The notes beneath the pieces were generated by a model. That model had not been told where the DNA came from, ran no database searches, and saw nothing but the letters and a program-made list of their open reading frames with translations. The position numbers and the translations under genes were made by a program. DNA of 64,000 bases, taken from positions 4,046,408-4,110,407 of the forward strand of contig CAJFCJ010000006.1 of assembly GCA_904063045.1 (NCBI GenBank), read 5' to 3'. This DNA comes from Dimorphilus gyrociliatus (taxonomy: Eukaryota > Animalia > Annelida). Below, in pieces: positions 13,938 to 27,314 of this stretch (the first letter of the stretch is position 1; each line of letters starts with the position of its first letter).

Positions 13938-15034
13938 ATGAACAAAATAAAAATTAGAAAACTAGACGAAAACTACATGGTTTGGAATGCATCAGGTTAA
14001 TTTAAACTTTTTACTTGTTTATATTACTATATATTTTAGAATATAATTTACAACAGATATTATAGAGTTGAGAAACAAACATAGAATAGTTGGCAGTCTA
14101 ATCGGATGTTTACCTCGCATACCTCGTCAAAATCAACAATTAGGAAGGCCTCTGTTGCTTCTAAGAGAGGAGGCTGCTTTACTAATAAAAAGAGATATTT
14201 GTCAAGTTCTGAAAGAAATTTCAGAACCAACCAATCCGGATGACAAAGAGATCGAAGAATTCAAGATCAAAAGGGATCAACTGTATCACGAGCAAGTACT
14301 ATTTTAAAAAGATAATTTACCAAAAAAGGAAGTTTATGTACTCTAATAGTGATGTATTTTCGTAGAATATTTTGGCAAAGGAAGATAGATTAAAGGAACT
14401 TGAAAAACTTAGACCAAGAATTTACGAGGGTATGAAAAGAAAGGCTAAAAAAGATTCAAACATTAGTTCGGAAAAATTAGAAGAGAATGTTAACGAAAAA
14501 ATGAAAAATTTAGAAAAACGGATTGACAATTTACCAGAATCAGCTCAAATGCTTCAAATTCCTACAGGTTACTTGACAAAATATATCAAAATGCTAAGAC
14601 TGTTCTTTTTCAATTATCACCTTTTTAAAAGCTTGTACAAGGTTAATTGAAGCTCCAGAAGAAATAAATACTGTTGCAATCACCGACAAACTGGATGAAA
14701 CTAAAATTAGGGTTTTCGAAGATCTTCACGATAGAGGATACTTCCTAACTAATGGTTCAAAGTTTGGCGGAGACTTCCTAGTTTATCCAGGTAAATAATT
14801 GATAAAGAATAATGATTCTATTATAGTTTTTTTTCTTTATTAATAGGCGATCCGTGTCGTTATCATTCACATTACGTTGTAATCTGTTTGGAAAATCATG
14901 CCAAAATATCACCTCAACAATTTTCAACCTATTCCCGTTTAGCAACTATCGTTAAAAAGACAATTTTATTATCCTACCTTAAAGACGACTATACAGTACA
15001 CTATATATCATTAAATTGGGCTGGAATAAGCTAA
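13938..15034 (+). CDS. TSEN34: tRNA-splicing endonuclease subunit Sen34
   Basis: Spliced: MNKIKIRKLDENYMVWNASD / 'LRNKHRIVGSLIGCLPRIPRQNQQLGRPLLLLREEAALL' / 'YFLTNGSKFGGDFLVYPG' / 'DPCRYHSHY...ISLKWAGIS*'. Contains the catalytic Tyr/His/Lys motifs of Sen34. Confidence 0.92.
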
Positions 15035-15140
15035 TAACATTTTTAGATATTAATATTTATTTGATAAATTGATTAAAAAACTTATTTTAATAAATTAAAC
15101 AACATATTTTAAAATTCCTAAAAAATAGGATTATCCAACT

Positions 15141-16172
15141 CTAAGGATTGTAGACAAGAGCTACCCTGGCTATTGAACTTCTACAAACTGGACAGAGTTT
15201 TGGCGAAGGTAACGCTTCATAGCATTCAACACATATACAAACATGTCCGCACTCTAAAATTATCAAATCTCTTGGATTGCTCAAACAAACAGTGCATGAA
15301 TTGTCAGCTGCAACACTTTGGTCTGGTCTTCTCTTTCTTAATTCAAATGCTTGTTTCCTGAGGTCTTCAGCTTCTCTGTGTTCCTTCCAGTACCTATAAT
15401 ATTTTTTTCCTGCAGAAATAGCAACGCCAGTTAATACTATTGCACTTATTACCATCGTTGCTTTCCAAAACCCCTTCCAAAATGAATATTCTTGCACTAT
15501 TTGCTCTTTGGATGATTGTGTAAAAATAAAAGGAAAATTATCCGGCGGCGAAAGTATAGCTTTCTTTCCATCCGGAGATAAACTAGCTTTACCTATTACC
15601 ACAAGAGCTGAATTGAGAGGTAGCATGGATTCGGTCTCCTGATAGCCTTTGCTAACTTCTCCGTGAAATCTAGAAAGAACCTTATCAAAAAATCCAGTGT
15701 CAGCAGGTCTAATAAAATTATCGTATGTTTGCCTTAAAACGCCTTTTAAATCGTCTACCCTAAAAGCATCTTCCACTACAATATGAGCTTCTGTACCACT
15801 CGATAAGCCGAATTTGCAGAATTCTGTTTTATCTTGAAGAGTAGATGTTCTATCACTCCAGTATCCTTGTATTTTCTGGGTCTTATGCTCCCTCTTGAGA
15901 GAATTTCTTATAACACCTTGAATTTCTGGGTGGTACAACGATTTCAGAGGTGGTTCAAGGGCGCGTACAGTTCCAGAAACTGACACAAGTTTGATCGTTG
16001 CATTATCAGTTTCTAATAATTTCTTCGTCAGAGATTCATCAGCGACGAAGTCTTCAGTTTCTTTTAATTGCGAATATTTTTTTTTACTTGACCAAAAACC
16101 CAATGAACTGCACAGAAAGACTAGACCATCGGCAAGAGCAATATACAGTTCAGCTTTACAGTCAGGTAACAT
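15141..16172 (-). CDS. MUL1: Mitochondrial E3 ubiquitin/SUMO ligase (GIDE domain, two TM segments, C-terminal C3HC4 RING); intronless CDS
   Basis: 343-aa ORF with GIDE-like 'FHGEVSKGYQETESMLPLNSALVVIG' and RING 'CTVCLSNPRDLIILECGHVCICVECYEALPSPKLCPVCR'. Confidence 0.93.
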   Translation of the reverse strand: MLPDCKAELYIALADGLVFLCSSLGFWSSKKKYSQLKETEDFVADESLTKKLLETDNATIKLVSVSGTVRALEPPLKSLYHPEIQGVIRNSLKREHKTQKIQGYWSDRTSTLQDKTEFCKFGLSSGTEAHIVVEDAFRVDDLKGVLRQTYDNFIRPADTGFFDKVLSRFHGEVSKGYQETESMLPLNSALVVIGKASLSPDGKKAILSPPDNFPFIFTQSSKEQIVQEYSFWKGFWKATMVISAIVLTGVAISAGKKYYRYWKEHREAEDLRKQAFELRKRRPDQSVAADNSCTVCLSNPRDLIILECGHVCICVECYEALPSPKLCPVCRSSIARVALVYNP

Positions 16173-16552
16173 CTTTTTGCTAATGAATGCTTTTCACTTG
16201 AAGTTTTTAATAAATCCTATCAAAACCCAATAACCTTCTACTTCTATTTCAAATTCATAATTTCAACAATTCTGTTTATATTTCATCAGTTGTTTCAAGC
16301 ATTGAAAAAGTCATGGCTCAGTTTAATATGGTTCTATGATCTTTTCTACTGTTAAAAAATTTCTCTAAATTTCATCATCCTTTGCTTCTTGGCACCTATC
16401 AATTTTATTAGATATTTTTTTTAAAACTTATTAGAGGAGAAAGCATAGGAATGATTATATGAGTTAATTCTGAAAACTTTTAAAATATTCAAAAAAAGTA
16501 CAGGTAACCTGTTTATAAATTCTCTCACCGAATCATCTTATATCGCTCACCA

Positions 16553-17110
16553 ATGTCACTAATAACTCGTCTGGCTATATCTCGTCCTTACTTAAATTCA
16601 CTAAGGATAAGCAGGCGGTCTCTATCTATTCTTTCCGTTCCTCCCCCTCAAACAGAAGATGGCAAACTAGTATATGAAGGCAAAATAACAGTTCAAGTAA
16701 AGTTAGTTAAAGGATTCTCAGTTACAACTAGTGCCCTAGGACTTGCTCTACAGCCTTTAGTGTTTAAAGGTTTGAGCACTTTACCTATTGTGCTACAAGT
16801 CATGATGGGAAGTGGAATAGGATTTTTTGTTCTGGCGACACCCCTCTTATTACATACTATAACCAAACGCTATGTAACTCATATGTATTATGATTCTGAG
16901 AAGGATACTTTTACAGCTACTACATTAAGTTTACTATTGAAAGAGAAACAACTAACATTTAAACCCGATGATGTAGAAGTTCCTGAAATTTCAGGAATAT
17001 TCTCGCATGTTAAAGCAAAAGGGAAACCTTTGTTCATAGATATTTCTGGTGTGTTGGACAAGGCTGCATATAAACGATTACTAAAGTACGATCAACCTAT
17101 AAAATTTTAA
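16553..17110 (+). CDS. TMEM70: TMEM70, mitochondrial ATP synthase assembly factor; intronless CDS
   Basis: Arg/Ser-rich mitochondrial presequence, then 'LVYEGKI...VKLVKGFSVTTS', 'TPLLLHTITKRYVTHMYYD' and 'FTATT', typical of the TMEM70 family. Confidence 0.9.
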   Translation: MSLITRLAISRPYLNSLRISRRSLSILSVPPPQTEDGKLVYEGKITVQVKLVKGFSVTTSALGLALQPLVFKGLSTLPIVLQVMMGSGIGFFVLATPLLLHTITKRYVTHMYYDSEKDTFTATTLSLLLKEKQLTFKPDDVEVPEISGIFSHVKAKGKPLFIDISGVLDKAAYKRLLKYDQPIKF

Positions 17111-17558
17111 TAAATTCCATAAAAAAAAAGGAAATTATTATTGACTTTGAAATGTTAATGAAATAAAAATGTTGAATTTAAAATTGTCTGCAACATAAAG
17201 TAACTTAGAAATCGCTCATTACGTCCAATATTAATTATAAGCTTCTTTGAGAAAAATTAAATAAAGTTTACAAAGAATTGAGACTTTTGCTGATTATTTA
17301 CATTTGAATCCACATTCAAGTTTCTATAATCGACGATATTTGTCAGTATTGAATGACATGTAGAAAGTTTATGCTTAATGGATGAGAAGAGGAAATCGTC
17401 CATTAAGTAAGATGTTCAAATTTTTTAACAATTTTTATACAAAAGACAGCAAATAAAGGGTGAATTTTATAGTACCGATTCTAAATAGTAACGTCTTTTT
17501 AAAAAAAAAACAAGCAAAAACGTAAACAATCCGTTTCTGTATGTACAACACAACTGAA

Positions 17559-19738
17559 TTATTTTGTGTCTGAACTCGGAGTAACTTCTCGGGTGCCACT
17601 AGGAGATTGTTGCCGATCAGACGAACGCTCCGAATCTTTTTCCTTTTTAGATTTTTTACTTGATTTTTTATGTTTTTTGTGCCTTGAGGATCGTTCCTCT
17701 TCCTCACTTAATCCTCGTCTACAATTACGAAGAAAAGTTATATTTTACGTAATTTAATTAATTTAGTACAGTGCTCTTACTTTCTGCGTTCCTTTTCCTT
17801 GTCTCTGTCTTTAGGTCGTTCTGGACTTCTTTTGTGACGATCTCTCTCACGATCTCTTTCTCTGTCTCGATCACGATCCCTGCTTCTTCTCCTTTCTCTG
17901 TCGTAATCCCTGTACCTATCTCTATATTCTCGATCGTGATAGTAGTATCTTCTCTCTTCGTGGTATCTTCTTTCTCTATCTCTATCTCTATCTCTTTCTC
18001 GTTCTCTGCTTCTTGTTCGAGACCGTCTGTATTCCCTGTCATATGGTTTAACTATAATGGGAGACGTGATTTCTTTAATTCCATGTTCAGGAGGAGACGG
18101 TGTCATATCGTGACGAGCGTTAGGAGATTTGTTGGCTTGTGGAACAACCTGTTGCCATTGATTAGGATTTGGGGGGCGAGCAAATGGCAAACCAAATGGG
18201 GGCCTATCTGGTGGAGGAATATTAGGATTGAAGGCAGCCATGTTGGCAAGATTTCCTAATAGTGCTGCAGCAGCTACAGCCCCTTGAGGTGCAAACCCAG
18301 GCATTGGTCCATGAGGTGGAGGAAAACCCGGAGGAGGTATACTAAAATCTGGTGTTGGAACGCCAATAGTAGGTATAGATGCTGATATTGTTGGCCTTAT
18401 TGCATTTACAACGAGAGGTTTTGAAGAAGGTTGTTGCATAGACGCTCCTATACTTGTTGTGGGTGGTGGTGGAGGAGTAGAGTCTCCGTCATCAGGAGAA
18501 GGTGAAAGCGGTGGTGTTTCATCTCTTGGAGTAGCCACTAAAGGAACTGTATTCTGACTTGGTTTCGTCATGCCAGCGATAACTGGAGTTGCTGTTACAG
18601 TAGTAACACCAGTCGACCCAGTAGACATCATCATAGGTTTTTGACCTACTATAGTTAAATTTGGATTAGGAGCTCGCAGTTGAGTAGCAAAGTTAACCAA
18701 ATTTGTCGCCAATTTACCAATCATCAAGTTATCATTTCTTAAACGCTTTTGTTTATCACAATAAGATCGCCACGTCTCTTCTGTGAAGCCATAATTGAAA
18801 TAATCTGTTATATCAGCACCGGGTTTTCTCCAAGGTTTGTCTTCGCTCGAGTCCAAATCATAATCCAGAACAGCGGAACCATTTATGTTACCTGGCGCTT
18901 CCAAATCGATAGTACCCTTTGGTCCTGTTGCTGTTGGATGAACGGTTGTAGGTGTTGGCCTAACACATTCGAGTTGAGGCTTATTTTGGATGTTGTCAAT
19001 TACAATTCGAACATCATCTTCCGAGTCATCGTCTTCGTCGTCCTGATCACCATCTTTTTCATCCTCTTTGTCGCTTTCTTCATTTTCGGTAGGAGTACCG
19101 TTCGGCCTTTCATGATCTTCTGAAGTTCCGTTAAATTCTGCTGCTTCGTTTGTAGCATTCTGTTCAATCTGACAAAATAATTTTTTAAATAAAATTTAAA
19201 AAAAAAAACAATGAAGCAAAAGGAAGTCATAAAGGACTTTAAAGAATGCATAGTGTTTACCTCTTGTTTCTCCTCAACTGCATTCATTGAAGAACCCGCT
19301 TCCGAAGATCCTGAGCTTTCTATGGGATTGCTTTGATTGCTGTTTGAGCATTAACAAAATGTTAGATTATCACCTGAAACACATAGGCATAAAGCATATA
19401 CCTTTGTTGAAGGGCATCTTCCGGGCCATCGTCAATATTTTTTTCTGTAGGTTTGCTGCCTGATTCTGATGTTTCATATCACACATTTATTTATGGGATA
19501 TTTAAAGACTATATTAAAGTTAATGTTCGAATTTGAGGAACGTAACCGGCATGAGAGACATATCACGCTAATTGTTATAATAATCGGCACTAAGGACATA
19601 CATACTCTCTTATACTGCCTCATACGACGCTAAAGTGCCTCTTGTACTAAAGCTTTGAAGTAAAGTTTATATTAACTTACCACCGTACAGCCAGGCATCA
19701 TCGTCCATCTCTTGCGCCTTTTCTGTTGCATCCGCCAT
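17559..19738 (-). CDS. FIP1L1: Pre-mRNA 3'-end processing factor FIP1
   Basis: Exon 1 [19 protein letters not shown], acidic '[13 protein letters not shown]', Fip1 motif '[31 protein letters not shown]', a Pro-rich region and an RD/RE-repeat tail. Stop at 17559-17561 after a final intron. Confidence 0.95.
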
Positions 19739-19792
19739 TTTGAATCCTCCTGCAGAATACAGAAATCTGCGATTCTTGTGTTTCCTGTCAAA

Positions 19793-19804
19793 GCACGCAT
19801 GCGC
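19793..19804. promoter_or_regulatory. NRF1/Erect-wing-like element in the 194-bp FIP1L1-ZNF330 bidirectional promoter
   Basis: GCACGCATGCGC between the two divergent ATGs; near the consensus YGCGCAYGCGCR. Confidence 0.45.
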
Positions 19805-19932
19805 TAAAACATGTCTACCAATTTTTGAAGGGTTTTTACAATTCGATAAGTGAATATCGTCTGCTCTAAACTCGCGGAAACTGTTATATGTGTTGAACAC
19901 GTTTTCGACGTTTCAAGTTAAAAAAAATCATC

Positions 19933-21087
<1,155 letters not shown>

Positions 21088-21589
21088 TCCGTTAATTCGA
21101 TATTTTATTATATATATATGACGATCGCAGTCATTAGCAAAAAATACAGTACAAAGTTGTTTACAATTAGTTCTAAATACCAGTACCGTATTTATACAAA
21201 TAAAAAACACTTGAACCAATATTAGGTAATATTTGAAAATCACGTATTCTTTTTACACTATTATCCGTATCATAAAATTTGTATAAAATCGTTACATTCT
21301 TGTGCATAAAGCAGGCAGGAATGTTGTTAGAACAAAACATAAAGCTGTTACTTTTTTGAAAGGAGCATAAAATTACAGAAATTAAAAAAATTAAACAATA
21401 TATTCTCTATACAATGCAGTTTGCGACTATTCCAAAAATTGTACATAAACCAGTTCGTATTCAGTCAATATGCACTTTCAAGAAAGAGCCACTTTTGATT
21501 TTTCATAAATACCAATGCAGAATATGTACATAATGCAGAAAATAACAGTTATTCAGAATAAAAATAGATGAATCTTCTTCAATTAATTT

Positions 21590-24500
21590 CTACAATTGAA
21601 GTTTGACTGCTCCTTCGTTTTCGTAACTAAAACTGCGTGAAAAATTAAAATTAAATTATATTAATAAATATTTAACTGCAATTGACAAACTTAATTTTTC
21701 TTGTTTTCAAATAGTTTAAGACAGCAGGTTTTATCTTGGCTCGACGGTCTTTACTATTGTTTCCTTGACCCGTTATGACTACAAGATGTCGCTTCCTTTT
21801 ATCTTGTCTTCTTTGAAGTTCTATATAAAAACAGTTAAATAGGTAATAATTTTTTATATATTGTTAATACCTTTTCGTCTTATATCTATGACATTACTGA
21901 GGATTTCGATTGCTTCATTGACGTGTAAATAATGCAAGTCCAGCTTTAGATAAGAATTTAATTGTCATATTCGAGCAGTTAAGTTGTTCATTTCTATTAT
22001 AGTAGAATACATACCTGATTAAATTGCTCCAATTCTTCTTTTCTATTATCAATTATCATATGACTAGCTCTAACATTGGCTTCTTTTAAATCTTGTGCCC
22101 ACTTCTCAGCAAGCTCAGAGTAGAATTGAGCAGTGTGATAATCGTTGCGTGCGTGAGCGTCACGCGCTTTCTGAAGACATTCTTTTCTTTTTTCGTTATA
22201 GTTTGCGGCTTCAGCTCGAAAATCTTTATATTGTGGTTCTTCTAAATTCTGATATAATAAATAGTCTTCACCTTCATCTTGTTGCATCAAAACGTAATTG
22301 TGCTTTTTCTTTTTTTCCTGAGCTACTTTGTATTCGTGTGTAAAGACATCTTCTGCTCCTTCCATATTCTCTAGAATTGCATTAATTTGTGATTCAGTTT
22401 TTGTAAGATCATATTTCATTTGTTCAAAAACATCATCAATCAATGTCTTGTCCAATACTGCGTATTTTTCGTACAGTTTATCTCTCTTTAATTGCGTGGC
22501 CATTAAATTCTCCAATCCTGCAGCCTCCTTTTGGTGCTTCATTCTCTGTTAAAATATATTTTTTATTCTGAATAACAATTTAATCAATTTCTTACCAGTT
22601 GTTTCTCCTGTTCTTCTCTGGCTGCATCCTCATCTTGTTTTTCTCTGAAACTAATATCAATACCTCCCACAGCACCTTCAAGTGATGGAGATGCTGGTCT
22701 TGGAGCATTAGTTTTTGTGTTTGTTTTGGGTAATAATTCATTAGATGGACTGCCATAAAATTTTTCTAATATGCTCTCATTCGGTTCTGCAAGTATATTT
22801 AACATATAATTACAATTTTAGCTGAAAACAATTAATTTTACCTTCTGTGAGCCCTTTAATGGATTGAAATTGGTCAAGGCCAATTTGCTCTCTTATGGAA
22901 GCACTCCAGCACCTATGGAGACATTTTCCTGCTTTCATATTTAATCTGACATGCATATCAGTGGCTGTCATACTATCCAAATCAATTTCGAACCCGACTG
23001 AGCCAAAATTTTCAAGCAATTGTGCAGCTAAATCTTTAGGTAAAACGAAAATCATATCACTCAGTTGAGACTCACTATTGGGTTGATTGGTTTTTGGGGG
23101 TTTCGACTTCTTTTGATCTGGACTAGGAGATATGACTACATTTTTTTCTTGCGGTTTTTTCGAGTTCACTTTAACGGCAGGTTTTCTTTTGGATCTACTC
23201 TGCTCAATTTCTAAAAGAAGATTAACCTTTTTATGATTAACTTCAACCACCTTTTCTTCAATTGCTCTTAGTTCTTCTTCCGTTTTTCGCTTTTTTATAT
23301 TTTCATGAATTAATTCAACCAAGGAAGGAATGTGATTTTTTTCACTTTCCTCACGTCTCTCCTTTTCTCTTCGTTTTTTGTCTAATAACACTTTGTCTCG
23401 AACCTTCTTGGAAACTTGGCTTTTACTTTCAGACAATATGTCACAGACTTCATCGACGTTCAAGTCACATTTCCTTAAAAGGTCTTCCAAAAATTCTTCT
23501 TGTAAATCTGGATAGCAAGAAATAAGAAAATTTGTTTTTTCTTTTAAATCACCAGTTTGAGTGAAATTATTCGATTGATTGTCCCGGTATTTCGGAAGTT
23601 TAGTTTCTTTAGTTATACAGCGTGGGTGAGCTTTCATGGTTTTATCAGCGAGTTCGTGTATTCCGAATTGAGATGTTTGGCAGGTTTTACTAGAATTTTC
23701 ATAATAAGGAGGGTACTCTGTTGGTAATAGGCCTTCTTTATGCCGCTTCGGCGGTGAATGAGCAGAGTTTACTTCAAGCCATTCGTCATGGGTAAATTCC
23801 TGTGGTTATGGTTTTAGCAAGATTTATTATTTTTATAATCATGAAGTATGTTTGCTGAACTTACGTTGGAGTACTTCCTTCCGGATTGTCTGCGTTCTCT
23901 TGTTTCAATAGCCTTGTCGTTTTCTTCTTCAAAACTACTGTCGCGATCCACAATTTTTAAATGCGCTGCTAGTTCGGTTAATTCTTCATCAGTGAATCCA
24001 GTTAAATTAAGTTTTCTCGACCTTTCATATTGAAAATTAGTACCAATTGGTGGAGCATTTTTCGTTATTTCTTCCACTTCCTCATTTATGAAATCTTCAA
24101 TAAGGCGATCAGTAACTGCATTTTCAACACTGGGACTTAAGATTGAAGCATCACAAGTAGAGCAAGACAAGCGATTAACATTTTGATTTGAGTCTTTTAT
24201 TTCTTCTTGTTCTAATTCATTTGGTGAGCTTTCATGAAAACCTGAGTCAGCTGGTCGTGGTGAGTCGGATGATTGATCCTCCATCAATTTAGATTTATCA
24301 CGACGAGATTTAGTCTTGCCTTTGTCTCTCTTATTTTCATTAGATAATTGATCTTTGATACTTTCCTTCTTTTTCGCTTTTCTGGAATAAAATATGTTTT
24401 TAATTATTTGTTAATGCTTTTAGGTTTAATAAACTTACTCTAAAGCGGCCTTTTGCTTCTCTAATATGTTATTCTGTATCCATTTTTTCCCCATGATGCT

Positions 24501-26985
24501 TTCCACGGTAACTCCATGTTGATAACGATCAACCATTTTTTGAATAGTGTCTTTGGATACACCATGTTTATTTCTAAGGACTAATTCCTTAACATTAAAT
24601 CTCCATGGCGTATCAGGTTCCATTAATTCAATATGATAATCGTACTTCATACCCTAGAATTTGACAAAATAACAAAAAAGTAACTTGAGGCGTGTTACTA
24701 AATGATGATCAAAACATACCATGGCAATATAGCTCCTCATTTCCCACGACATAGTATTGGTGTTATCTATTATAATCGGATTTTTCTTTTCGGTTATCGC
24801 CACTTTAGCTAAAAATGTAAAATTTTTAATATACTACTTACGATTTATATTTTTCTAAATAGTATACTTCTCGTCTGATTCCATTCGTGAGCTTCTCCTA
24901 ATTTATTATGATCAAATTCATAACGATTTCCTCTTTGAAAGTAGTCATCACTTGATAGAATGACACCAGAATCTCCTACAATTTGTTGAGCAAGCGTTGT
25001 TTTCCCCGAGCCAGGACATCCCCGTAGTATAACCATAACCAATAAGTTTTGAGTTTTATATTGAGCTACTATAACTTTTGCCACGTCTGGTGAACGCTCA
25101 TAACTAACAGTTAGAACTGGTTGGATAAGGTCTGGAAATGATCGAGTTGGCAGAAGTCTGTGATTTAGCTTGGGGGCGGTCGTTGACAGTGCATTCCAGG
25201 CGAATTGTGCGGGGGTAGCATGGAGCGAGTTGGTTGTTGTATTGGTGAACGATGGACGAGCATAGGAGGAGGCTGGGATATAGGGGGCGGGACGAATGGG
25301 TGCGGAAAAGGGGGCGGCAGGTGGGTAGGCGGTAAGCAGGGTGGCGGCGGCAAAATGCGATGATGCGTGTGGAGAGACGCGGCCGGCAATCGGCCCTGCC
25401 ACTGGTGAGAGTCTCGCATACTCGACGTGCGAGGCAGACATGCCGCGTTTTGTAGCAGGGCCCGCTGGAAAGGGCTGAGGGTGCAGAGTTGCCGGCGTAG
25501 CTACTCCTACTCCACCCACAATCGTTGAAGTACAAACTGGTGTTGCAGTTCTTGGAACAAATTCTGGTGCTGTTATGGAAAAAGTTGTCTTATCTTCAGC
25601 CATTGTAAAAGTAGTTTGTTCTTCATAGTCGTCATTCTGAGAGATGTGGGGTGAATTCGATCTCGAATTGCGCTCGCTATTTGGTAAAGATGACACTTTG
25701 TCACTTAATATATTCTGCAAGAGCGAAGCTGTAGAATTAGGTAAACGATCATCCGATTGATTTACCGTCATTCCCTCATCTAGAAATTGATCGATGCCAA
25801 CCAGGCGTTCTTTTCGTCTTTTTTCAAATTTCGATTTGTGAACAGTATTAGGAGATGATATATGTTGTGGAGGCGAATCATCCGATTTATCGGAAATTCG
25901 ACCACAAACATCTTTCATTCTTTCACCGTCGCTTTCAGGGCTATACTGCTTTGCTACTTCCAACTTTTTTACAAATCTTGGTGGCAAATTTTTCATATGC
26001 TTCATAGCTACCTTCATTTGAGACTGATACTGTTTAGCTAGTGCTGCTCCTTTATCTTTCTTACCAGAGCGCCTTTGGCCATCTTTTGAATCTGACCTAC
26101 CATCCTCATTTTCTCCGTCAGATGAGCTAGTGTTCCCAGCAGATATTACTTGATCACTTCCGAGAGTTATCACTTCCTCAATTAACTTTTCGAGGGACTC
26201 CCTTTCTTGTGGGTCTAAAGACACATTATGTTTCCTCCTCGACTTCTCTGACTTTGGAGGAGTTCGGTATCTGTCAGATGTTTCATTTTGTGCATTATGT
26301 ATGCTAGTAAATGAATCAGATTGTCCCTCAGCAAAGAGTTGCTTTCTAGAGCTAAAAGGAGTTGTTTCAGCACTACTACTTGTATTAAACTCGAATGTTT
26401 TTGGGACGTCAGCTGAAAATAATGATGAACCGGAAGGGAAGGCTGAAGGTTTACCGAAAGTGTTGAATGCTGCTAACGCATCACTATAATCCGTATTCAT
26501 ATGAGAGTTAAAATAAGAGGATGGATTTACAATAGTACTGGGAGTTTTTGGAGATAAGAAAGGTAACTCATCGTCATTCTGAGACCTATCCTTATTAGGT
26601 TTTAGTGGAAGGCGGGAAAATCCTTCAGGTGTTCTGGAAAGGTTTGATTCCGCCATTGTCTCTAATTGTTCAGTGGCTTTTTCCACTGTTCATAAAAAAC
26701 GAATTATTTTAGGTTCAAATGTCATATATATCACTCACCATTAAAATTACAGTTTTGCAGAACGTAATACACTACTTCCCCATCTACTTTATTTTTAAAT
26801 TTTTCTTGAAGATCATTAAATGATGCGTCACGACTAGCATCATATCCAGCTGCAATAGCATCATTTGTCCATATATTTGCAGTAACTTTCACTGAATCTT
26901 GATTTTCGCTTTTCCAATTCGCACCGATAAGATTTGGCTTATCCGGGCTTGGCACTCGTGTACCTTTATTTCGTTTCCGTGGCAT
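21590..26985 (-). CDS. N4BP2: NEDD4-binding protein 2-like (CUE, polynucleotide-kinase P-loop, further CUE domains, DUF1771, Smr endonuclease domain)
   Basis: Start MPRKRNKG. CUE 'KVDGEVVYYVLQNCNFN/VEKA', P-loop 'VMVILRGCPGSGKTTLA', DUF1771 'YKDFRAEAANYNEKRKECLQKA', Smr 'LDLHYLHVNEAIE...VITGQGNNS...KIKPAVLNYL'. Stop at 21590-21592. Confidence 0.92.
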
Positions 26986-27303
26986 AGTTATATATTCCTT
27001 AATATTTTTCAATGTTTCGGAAAAGGGCCTTATAGCTACCCTTGCAGCTCATAATTCGCTAAAAATTGCGATTAAATGTAAAAACTTGTATGGTGTGATA
27101 GCTAGCGACAGTTTGGGTTGTTTCATGAAACTATGTATTAGTTTACTTTCGAGCTAATAACTACTTCATTCAACAATTTTAAAGCCAAATTTTTCTATAA
27201 TTATAATGCTTACCTGGTTTTAAATTATGAGTAAAAAACTGGCTAAACATAGCTTCCTTAAAAAATAGTCAGAAAATAATTGATGATAAAGCATGGCATT
27301 TAA

Positions 27304-27314
27304 TGCGCATGCGC
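27304..27314. promoter_or_regulatory. NRF1/Ewg palindrome upstream of N4BP2, with a nearby CCAAT box
   Basis: TGCGCATGCGC; GATTGG about 35 nt away. Confidence 0.55.

Noticed and set aside
17758-18259. Alternative-frame and antisense ORFs over the FIP1L1 RD/RE repeat
   Set aside because: Shadow ORFs of low-complexity coding sequence.
25104-25535. Overlapping ORFs in the GC-rich Pro/Ala part of N4BP2
   Set aside because: Stop-poor shadows of a GC-rich exon with no independent signals.
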